64,000 bases of DNA from Octopus sinensis. Taxonomy: Eukaryota. The stretch is taken from positions 6,696,001 to 6,760,000 of the forward strand of contig NC_042997.1 of assembly GCF_006345805.1 (NCBI RefSeq), in the 5' to 3' direction. The notes under the pieces are model-generated. The model searched no databases and was not told where the DNA came from. It was given only the letters and a program-made list of their open reading frames with translations. The stretch's first letter is position 1. Each line of letters opens with the position of its first letter. Shown piece by piece: positions 53,479 through 64,000 of this stretch. The translations under genes and the position numbers were made by a program.

Positions 53479-55095
53479 AGCGGCATCGCATCCGACGTTT
53501 AGGCGGCGAGGTTGGCCCTCGACCAACACTTCAACGCCAAACACGAAGGGTGTGCTGTCAGAGCTAGGATGCGTGCTCTAAGGAATGAAGGTGTTGGAGC
53601 CGCGAGAGAGGCCCGGGTGGCAGAGGCGCAACAGGGCAACAAAGCCACCATTCGGTCTCTGGTAGATGAACAGGGGCGCGAATGGCTCGAGCCAAGTAAA
53701 ATGTGTGAGGCCTTTCAACAGCATTTTGCCCGAGTGTTCGGGACGAGTGGCGGGAAAAAACGTAGGGTGGACTTCAGTGCCTACCTACACAGCCTACCAC
53801 GACTCTCGACAAGAGAGGCAGGGTGCTGCGAAGGCGCCATCACGGCGGCAGAAGTGCAGGACGCGATGGCAGAATGTTCGAGGGACAAATCGCCGGGTTT
53901 GGATGGTCTACCCTACGAGCATTACAGTTGTATGATAGACTTGTTTGGAGACGTCTTGGCAGCGGTGTACTGTAACTGGCAGCAAAACGGGAGCATTCCT
54001 GGCTTTGTGAGCCGAGGAGCCGTAACACTGCTGAAGAAAGATCTAAACAAGGGAAATGTAATAGATAACTTTAGACCCATCACTCTGCTTAATGCAGAAT
54101 TGAACATTTTGGCCAAGGTGTTAGCCAAGAGGTTGGCGCTTGTCATCGAGAAACTGGTCGACAAGGCGCAAACGTGCGCCGTGCCGGGCCGGACCATCCA
54201 TGACAACCTCCACCTGATGCACTACATCTTAGACAGAGTAGTTAACGAACTTGGCATGGGTGAGGCGCTGATCAATTTGGATCAATCGAAAGCTTTCCAT
54301 AGGGTGGACTTGGGGGCTGTCCTCAGAGCGGTTGGCTTCGGTCCCGTCTTCCGCGGCTGGATAGCCGCTTTGTACAGAGGCATCCGTTCGGTAATTCGCG
54401 TAAATGGACATCTATCGAGACCTTTCGACATCGCACGTTCGGTCCGTCAGGGATACCGCCTCTCGTCGCTTCTATACGTATTGACTCTCGAGCCATTATC
54501 GCGTCCGTCATCTACTACCGCCTCACCGTCGTGCTTTGTCCCGACCCTACCATAACCAAACTAGAACGCATTCTCTTTCGCTTCTTGTGGAAAGGATGCG
54601 TTCCGAGACTGCGACATCTCAGGCTCTTCGTACACGACGGTGAACAGGTGTGGTCACCGTTTGTAGAGCACGCTTTCCCGCAGCTCGTCTCTTTGACCGA
54701 ACTGCAGTCGTGGATCAAAAAGAGGCCGAGGAAGGGCGTATGGCACCGCGAGTGTCGCGTTGCTCTCAAGCAACTCTGCCGTCTTGGGTCGACCTTGAGT
54801 GACTCCATCACAGCCAAAGCATTCTATAGGGGATTAGTGGAGGGGAGGTACGACGATGAGCTCGGGGCGAACCTGGACGTCGAGGAGGAATGCCTGACCC
54901 GCCTGTTCGGGACGACTTTCGGGTCAGGGCCCATGGACAACTTTCAGAGATCCCAGACCTGGCAGTGCTACCGAGAAGCGCTACCCGTTCGGGATAAGCT
55001 CTACAGACACAGCTCGAGAAATACGAGGCCCACCTGCCCGAGAGGCGGTCAGAGAGACGAAACCGTTCTTCACGCACTCGTGCAGTGTCCAACAA
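53479..55095 (+). mobile_element. L1/Tx1-like LINE ORF2 fragment with internal deletions
   Basis: KSPGLDGLPYEHY, FRPITLLNAELNILAKVLAKRL, QTCAVPGRTIHDNL, LDQSKAF, VRQG..LSSLLYVLTLEPL. It then jumps to the thumb region (LERILFRFLW) and the C-terminal CPRGGQRDETVLHALVQCP. YADD motif absent. Confidence 0.92.
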
Positions 55096-55237
55096 TCTAT
55101 GCATGCATGTATATTTGAGTGAGTCGCGAGTCTGCTTTTGTGTGTGTACGAGTGCTTAACGTACTTATATGGAAAAAACATATACATAGTCACACACACA
55201 AACATGCACACATATGCATGTATATATATATACACTC

Positions 55238-55314
<77 letters not shown>

Positions 55315-56320
55315 CACAGTAATTCGTGTATATTTTCTACACAAACCACAAGTATGGCTCAGGAAGCTAATATAAGTGTTGCCAGTCTCTCTTTGAGGAT
55401 TTCATTGTTTCATTCTTGATAGTGAGAAGAATAGAAAAGTAGGAATCTTTTAACTAATAGTCTATTGCTTTTGTTGAAAAATCTATCGCAGTATCTGATT
55501 ATAAACGTTAGTGTTTCGTTACTGAGATGAAAGAATTAGAATATATCTTTGAAAATACAAAAGAAAACAACAGTCAAAATATAATAAGTTAAATAAAGTA
55601 AAATAAAATAAAGGTATAACAGTATAAGACTTAGCAAAAATATCTCAAATCAGATGTTAGAATAACAAAACTAAAGGACTCAGAAATCATTGAACTAAAT
55701 CTTTTGTATTTTTCAAGAGGTGTTATGAAGTTAACTGCACCTGCAGTATTATCTTGAAGAAACTTGCCTAAAGCAACACAAACAACTCGTCGAAGCAAAC
55801 ATCGTTTGGTAAACACTATTTGGCAAACGGAAAGTTTAAATTTAGAATCTTGTGCAATCATAAGCGATCGCGGTATCAAGCCGTGTATCTTGCATTTATA
55901 ACATACAAGCTTTCAATAAACTCCCGCCTCGTTGCATTTTGAGATCAAATTGAATGTTATTATAAAACAACACTGTTGGATATAAGCTAAAACGGATTTT
56001 TTTTATTCGATTTCCCTTTGATTATATCTTTTAAGATAACTGTTGACATTTATTTGGCAAATTTCATATCAATATTGTGAAAGATATCTTCGTTGTTACT
56101 AAAATATCTACATGCAAAAATATGGATAAAATAACTGCAAAGTTTCAAAATACATAATTTTAAGAGGGTAACAATACACGAGTAGAATTACATTTATAAT
56201 TCACTTGGAACTATAAACAACAATATAATGTTGTTTATTTCTTCCAGTGATCTGCATTAAATAGTTAACAAAACCACCATAACTATTTTAAATTTGGTAC
56301 AATAGATAGGTTAAGGTAAA

Positions 56321-56505
56321 GGGGGTCACTGGCAGAATCTTATACACGCTAGGCCAAATACTTACCGGTATTTCGTCCAGCTTTACGTCCTCAGTTCAAA
56401 CTCAACTGATGTTGAGTTTGCCTTCAATCGTTTCAGAGTCGATTGGCTCGATATAATCGATTTACCCACTTGCTAACCTTGTGCCAAAATTTGTAAACAA
56501 ATATC
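56321..56505 (+). mobile_element. Decayed SINE family B
   Basis: ctggcagaatc...ggtatttcgtc...agttcaaact...cttgtgccaaaatttg. Confidence 0.65.
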
Positions 56506-56576
56506 TCAAGCGTCTACAGTATGTCATATCGTCTCCTCTCTCATCGGTCACTATCTGTCTGATGTCTGTCTATGTC

Positions 56577-56654
<78 letters not shown>

Positions 56655-56658
<4 letters not shown>

Positions 56659-56859
56659 GTTGATTCGCTAGCTTCTGCACGCATTTTTTTCTTCCTTGTT
56701 TCTCTCCGTGTTTCTTTTCTGTGTATCTTTCTGTTGAAGAGCGTAGGCTCGAAACCTAAAAGACTTGTTTTATTTATATTCCTGAGCGCCATACTAATAC
56801 AATTGTTTCTTTGTATTCCACCTGCCTTCGTCTTTTGTTTATTTTCATAAAGCTTCCCG

Positions 56860-56861
<2 letters not shown>
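56655..56861 (+). mobile_element. Penelope-type terminal-repeat-like element with minimal HHR variant, between (TA)n tracts
   Basis: UCUUU-CUGUUGAA-GAGC-GUAG-GCUC-GAAAC-CUA-AAAGA (56726-56763); downstream ctgagcg..taatac..ttcca matches 48540-48590 revcomp. Confidence 0.6.
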
Positions 56862-56927
<66 letters not shown>

Positions 56928-57235
56928 GTGTGCGTGTGTGTGTGGACATAAGAAAGTAGGGTACCCACAGATGTATATGGAGTTATAGGTATGGATCAAA
57001 TGGATTTGATTACAATTTCCACTGGCTGAGGATTAGTAACACGTTTTGAAACATAAAGGTGAAGGAATTTGAATCAAACTGTTTTGGATCGTGAGCCCTC
57101 ACACACACACACACACACACACACAAAAACTTATATACACACGCATATACATATACATATCTATCTATCTATGAATCTATCTATCTATCGATATATCTAT
57201 ATATTTATGTATATATCTATCTATCTATCTATCTA

Positions 57236-57332
<97 letters not shown>

Positions 57333-57334
<2 letters not shown>

Positions 57335-57563
57335 AATTCTCGGCGACAACTATGATTGTCACACGCTGACGAGAGGTCAATACCTCGAAACTCGAGTCCG
57401 TGTGTATCATAAGTTGAAGACTGGAAGGATGACTTCCCTTTGCAAATACTGACAGGACACAGAAAGTGTGTCTATGGCCAGCTGGAGGAGTGTGTCCTCC
57501 TGGGGCTAAAAACTACAGTAGCATCCACCCTTAGGGGTTAGCCATATTGAAATATATATGGCT
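57333..57563 (+). mobile_element. About 230-bp HHR-bearing non-coding element embedded in (TA)n
   Basis: Bounded by long (TA)n on both sides; second copy at 25737-25942. Confidence 0.85.
57347..57414 (+). ncRNA. Canonical type I hammerhead ribozyme
   Basis: CACACG-CUGACGA-GAGG-UCAAUA-CCUC-GAAAC-UCGA-GUC-CGUGUG. All core nucleotides present; distal stem I UAUGAU/AUCAUA. Predicted cleavage after 57398. Confidence 0.93.
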
Positions 57564-57565
57564 TA

Positions 57566-57664
<99 letters not shown>

Positions 57665-57801
57665 GAGATAAAACCACTATTTCTCTAATTTAATTTATAT
57701 TTATACCGTGAAATTTGATTTAATCGTAAATCTAACTTTCCCTTGTAAGTTTGGATATAATCCCTAATATTATTATTATGTATATATATATACATACATA
57801 C

Positions 57802-57898
<97 letters not shown>

Positions 57899-59012
57899 GC
57901 ACATACATATACATTTTTACTTGTTATCGAAACACCTGATCTAAATAAGAATAAATATTCGTTCATTTGGTGGTACCAGGGAATCGTTTAGAGAAGATGA
58001 ACGCACGACTAATATAGATTAAGACAAATGCTACCAATTTTACAAAGACGTATTAATAGCCTACCGATTAGACTACAAGGTAGTTGTATCAATATGAAAT
58101 ACAGCGAACAGTTTTTTTCTCACTTTATGAGTGTACGTACATACCGCTGTTTACGTTTTGGTCGATTCGCGTATGTCTATTACACACACACATAAACAAA
58201 TACACACTCACCACGTACATATGACAAACACGCGCACATAAAGTACCACATACACACACATACACACGTACATACAAATAAATGTATATATATAAGTGTC
58301 TTTTAGTATGTATATATGTAGTTATATATGCATACTTTTTTTAAGTGAAATATCTCAATAATTCTTGTAGAATAACTTTGAATAATGAGGCTAATACCTC
58401 ATGACTACTTAAACATAATTATTTCAGCCGACACCGGATTCTGCTCATGGGACTCGAATTGAATTTGAAATTCTCACGTATTTATTAGCCGTAGGGTAAT
58501 TAAATATAACAGTAAATAAATATATACTGGATCAATTTCATTTAATCTGCATCATTTTGTATAGTAAAATGCAAATGTTAATTCGGAACCTTAATATGAA
58601 AGTGATTCTACATTGAATAGCTAACTCAGTATATTTTACAAATCTACATATTTTGGACAAGTCCTTTTTCAAATCTAAATTGAGACATCATAAACCTGAC
58701 ATTTGCGTATATTCGATATCAAGAATGATTGAAACATTTACTATATGTTAACAAATATGAAGTACTTTTTCGGGAGAAGACAATTCATTCATCGACCAAT
58801 GTAGAGTTTTGGTGATTTTTAGTATAGAAGGGAAAGGATTAATTCATAAACTACTGAGACATTTTCAGGAAACCTCAGAATCTTACATGAAACATGACCG
58901 TACCATTATAATGTATAGTTTTGAACTGTCATAAGAGTGAGATTAGGTGGACGTCTACTTTATATTTTATTATCTTGTTTGCCAAAAATATATTCGAAAA
59001 CCATAGTCAGCT

Positions 59013-59200
59013 AATAACAGCTTCAAATTTTGGCATAAGGCCATTAGTTCCAAGCGTGGAGGTAGATCGATTAAATCGACTTCACTGCTTATCTGGTATT
59101 TTTTTATGTACCCCGAAATATGAAAAAACACACTCTGTGGAATTTGAACTCCAGTCGGAAGAAATGCCGCCAACGATTTTCAGTGTAATATTGGATTTTA
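59013..59200 (-). mobile_element. Decayed SINE family B
   Basis: tcaaattttggcataaggcc...gatcgattaaatcgac...ggaatttgaactc. Confidence 0.65.
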
Positions 59201-61628
59201 AAAACGAATTTTTTCTACTGTAAAAATTTGTGATGATTAAACAATGTCATAGCGTCACATATTATATGAAAAAATATATTTGCCGACTTATTATCATATC
59301 AAATATAAAATTAATACAGTAACATTTCTGAGAATTAATCTCGTTTGGAATTTTAATACGCCTATCCGTGTTTGTCAAATAAGATTACAATTTGCTCAAC
59401 AAAATCATTTAATTTTTTTTGTTTTTAGTTTACAAACAAAATTGTATTTTTGAATTACTAAACGTTTACCGTAAGTATTTAAAGCGGTGTGAAATTTTCA
59501 ATTCTTAACTTTTGGATTTTGATATTGCAGTTGCCAACTTAATTTTCAAATATCAAATATATTAAATGTATTTACTTGCATTAATAAACGATTTTGTATT
59601 TTCCAATGACAGTGACAATAATCTGTACTGAAAACTCATTTAATGCTAATCTTTATTGATTGCTTCTCTTCAACAACAGTTCACTCAAACCTCGATGTAT
59701 AGACGCATTTCCCTAATATGGAAGACTATCAGCTGGAAAGATTGGTTCTCTGAATATATGAGAAAGGGCAGAATTCGTGATTCGATATTGTCAGTGCATT
59801 TACTGTGCTGTCTCTTAATCTGCAGTGTAAATAATCCTTTTGGAAGTATTGTCGGCAATATTTTCTATTTAGCTCCGATGTATGTTTCTAATTAATTACA
59901 TAAATTCTTAAATCAAATATATGCAAGATCGATGCTATTTCATCTATTTGTATAGTAAATTAATGAACATACATTCAAATAACTTTACCAGAAATTGCAG
60001 ATGTGTTTACGTAAATCAGAACCTGTCATAGTTAATTATATAATCGCTACTTAATAATTTTAATGGAACCAACAAATCGCTTTTAGCTGGAATTAAGATG
60101 GTTGCCTTATAGGCTATACAGTTCTTTATGTGTGTTATGTTAGAATACTTGCTTCTTGTTTTGCTCTAACGTATCTATCAAATAGAATTGCAATCGCATT
60201 CTATATTAATTACTGTACTGCTTAGAGCTCCGATATCAGCTAACGACAGTTTAAACGATGAATCTTCCCGTGGTTTCAGAGGAAGAATAGTTCTAAACAG
60301 TGATGATTGAGGAATTCTCACGTGCAACATATATTAGTTGAACACACACAAAGAGTCACAAGAGGTGATGTAGTATCTAAACCGTTGTGAGAATGCTACA
60401 CAAATTCATAATTCTCAAGAGCTGAACATTTTACCAATAATACATATAAATATTCTTCGGAGGAGGAGGAGGAGGCGTGAATATACCACGTTAATATTTG
60501 TGGCTTTGAAATGCGTTCTTAAATAAATAATCTCGGTGTGTATATACATATTGTTCAAAATAAAAAGAAAATATAAGAATTACAGCGGTCATACGAGTAC
60601 ATTGTGGTGAACATATTTATCAACTGCCATCGAAATAAAAACAAAATATAAAATGTATTAAAAATCTATGTTAACGTAATATAGACATACACACATGCAT
60701 GCACGCATATCCACAACACACACATATACACACACAAACACACACACATATACACACACAAACACACACACATATTTTTATTTAAAGGTTCACAGGTTCA
60801 CTCAGTGTATCGTAGTATGGATGTTTAATCCCATTCTGAGTTTCCATTTCTTGAAATTACTGGAGACAGCCGGCAGATATATACTTGGACACTTTCAAAT
60901 TCTTCATATCATACCATTGTAAACCACCTCTCCTTCTCTCAAATGGGTAGTTAGCTTACTGTCTTTCCACATTTCCATTATAAAACCTTTTAATTTATAC
61001 CTCTGTACATAAGTAACTGACTATTTAGCATTTATCCTTTATTTCCTAGCCCTTTATTCTTTAGTATTATTTTTGAAATCTCACTCAACCATAGAAGCTC
61101 TGTGTCTCTTGCCTTTGAATGCTGGAATCACGCGTCACAAGCAAGAGATTGTTTGATCTGTCTCAGTACTACCACATGCCGCTTCACCTGCTTTTAATGT
61201 ACGATTTGTGTTTTCATTACCTATTTCATCTAAACCACCACCACTATCTCCACAGCCGCAGTAGATTCATAGCTAGTAACTCTACTTTTGTTAAGCTTTC
61301 TAGCCTAAAACTATCATTAACGAATCGCCTTAGGTTGTCTTTATTTTTGTCTTATCAAAGTCGTCCTTATATCTACACACACACACTCACACACACACAA
61401 ACATACACACACACACATATATATATATATTAGTGTATGTATGTCTGTATATGCGAGCATGTTGCTCAATGTGTGTTTGTGTGTGTATTTACATACATGC
61501 ACACACTCATTCATGCACATATAAATATCTATATGAAATTCTTACCCTATTTTGGGATTGAAAACTGTAGCAATATCCGATTTGGCTGCCATTGCATAGT
61601 ACCAAAGATTTACCAGCTCCGATTACAA

Positions 61629-62010
61629 CAATGGTTCCCAACCGGTTGCATATGACTCCTTTTCTAGCAGCGAGAGTGGGTTAACACATGTAAAATATTA
61701 AATTGGGGAACCACAGTGGCGTAATAAGTGTCCATATAAAATGCTACTTTGGATGTATTTATTGAAAGTACAACCTAGGTTTCCTTCTCTAACGTTTTAT
61801 ATAATCCATCAAGTTGCCTGCTAATGAAACAAGTTTTATCAGGAAGTGCTGTTGCAGATATATTTAAGTGAATAGATGATGATGTTCAATAGCATGTTTT
61901 GAAGAAGTATGTATAATACTAGTTTTTAAACATTGAGTGACTACGAGGAACCACTAGAATAGAATAGTAATCAGAGTTGTCTGTGGATAAAAAAAGGTTA
62001 AGAGCCACTA
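61629..62010. mobile_element. hAT (Charlie-like) non-autonomous element
   Basis: Ends caatggttcccaacc and ggttaagagccacta resemble CAGTGGTTCTCAACC-type TIRs; 8-bp TSD not conserved. Confidence 0.55.
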
Positions 62011-64000
62011 GTCTTGAGTAAGGATTGAATTCTCAATGCTCTTACAGCTTCATGTTTTGTTTATGAATCTGAATACAGTTAAACACAAAGAATTTAGACG
62101 TATATTGGGAGGTCCTCAGCAAACAGACAAGTTTTTCTTTGATATCAGAAAATGAAACCACGTCTAGAAAAGCAAATTAGGGCCAGGTTGTCCAACACCT
62201 CATTCGGGCTGAGGGCTGGGGAAATGATGAAACGAATGATCCCAGCATCGACGGTGTATCACCCTGACCACTGCCTTTGTGTTGAGAGAAGTAAAGTAAA
62301 AATGAAAAGTGAAAATACTGTCACACACAATACACATATATATACACACACATACACACATACACAGAAACACGCACACTTGCACACCCAAAAAGTAATT
62401 CTTAGTGAGGAACATATATATACACGTATAAATGTGTATATGTATATATACGTGTAAACCTCTGCGTAAATATAGTTGTATGCATCTCTTGCTAGATAAA
62501 ATTTGATGTGAAGATTTTTGTATATGTAGTGTGTTCTAATATCTGGCGCGCATGAAATATTTGTGACTCATGTTGGGTTATCAACTTATCTCACATACGT
62601 CCTCTAGAAAAGCACTGGGATGCTGATGTATGATAGCATTTCAAGAAGTACAGAGTGTAAGAGAACAATGTTGCTAGTGTATATTGGAAAAAGGGCGAGA
62701 GATTATTGTACGTTCGAAAAACAGTTGTGGCCCTGTGCATATCCATGCTAATGATATAGTTGGCTTGAAGGAAATCTAGCCGCACATGTGATAGCGTAGT
62801 CTTGCAAAAACCTATAGATCAAACAGATAAAAGTCAATTGGGAATCATACGAAGAAATATGCCTAATAGATATTCGTGCCAAACCTGAACAAAAGTAGCT
62901 TAACAACATCAATTTCACAGAAAGATTTACGAGCATACACAAACCCCCAGTCGAAGCACACGCAAATATACGCCCATATACATATACAAATGAATACACA
63001 TATGCATACTCATATATGGAAGTATTTATAAGAATGCATGTACGTACAATGATATAGGCGTTTTTATTGTAATACTTAACTGTGAACTTACAAGTACATT
63101 TTGTGGCATTTATTAAATTTCAGTCACCGTGTATTGCCGATGCCAAATACTCAGTCACATAATACTATACATAGTAACAATGACCTATTTGCATTTGCAC
63201 TTTATAAACAATCTCCAAACATTTCATTTATTGTTTTCAATGAAAACGAAGACGTTAAAACACTAAGGAATGAGAAATTTCGTGCCACGTAAGCAATGGA
63301 AGCCAGTCAATGTTTGTGTTGAAAAAATGATCAAAAACGTGACAGTGGGACATACGATACAATTATACTAAATGTGTTTTAAGTAATATTTCTCCTTTGA
63401 TCTTGATTAAAGTTAATTGTCAGCTACATAGCGATTATAAATCATTAATATTGATTACTTTTTGAAATTATAAGCAAACATTATAACAAGCTGTGCTGTT
63501 TTATGCTGCTACTCAATGAGTTTTAAGGATAATTTTATTTTTATTTTGTTACATTCCGCATTTTAAAATCAACAATACGCACACAAACACAAACAGGTAC
63601 AGAAAATATGTAGGTAACCAGTTAAAAATGAGTGATCAATACCGTTTTGTAGGATAAATTTTAATTATTGCGTGCTTTCAATATACGAATTGTTTCATGC
63701 GAATAAATTCATTGCTATTCAGCCGTAGCTTTAATGATACTTTTAGCTCAGCCATTTTTCACATATAAGCATTACACACACACTCAACAAATTTCTTGAA
63801 TACATATAAGAACTGTGAATGGTTTTGATTTGTATGCATATCCCTGAATGCAAGCATGTATGAATCTGTTAATGTATGTATTGTGTATGCATGCATGAAT
63901 GTATGTATGTGTGTTGAACTGAATTTCTTAGAAAGTTGCTTCGTAAACAAGGTTTCTCAGATTATTTAATTTTGTCGTTTGATCTAAGCAGATCTGCTGT

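Noticed and set aside
60298-60335. gtgatgattgaggaattctcacgtgcaac, a possible HHR relic
   Set aside because: Core too degenerate; no stems I or III.

Overview
AT-rich, microsatellite-dense eukaryotic DNA with no recognisable host protein-coding exon, so it is probably intergenic or deep intronic. The SINE families and repeat landscape suggest an octopus (inference). Ordinary content: three tRNA-derived SINE families, decayed non-LTR retrotransposons (RTE, R4/Dong-like, L1/Tx1-like, Penelope-like), a near full-length mariner, and Tc1/mariner/hAT MITEs. Most ORF-track entries are microsatellite artefacts. Two things stand out. (1) A 400-bp tandem array (12217-13755, about 3.9 copies, flanked by (TA)n) in which every unit carries a type I hammerhead ribozyme (HHR) on the minus strand, the architecture of a non-LTR retrozyme or self-cleaving satellite. 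It is accompanied by a textbook HHR at 57347-57414 and several other HHR-bearing Penelope-type families. (2) A 2.4-kb element (22016-24416) that splits a SINE at its tRNA head and encodes only a gag-like ORF1 (RRM-like plus CCHC), with no reverse transcriptase. All structures and alignments were read by eye; no folding or database search was run.
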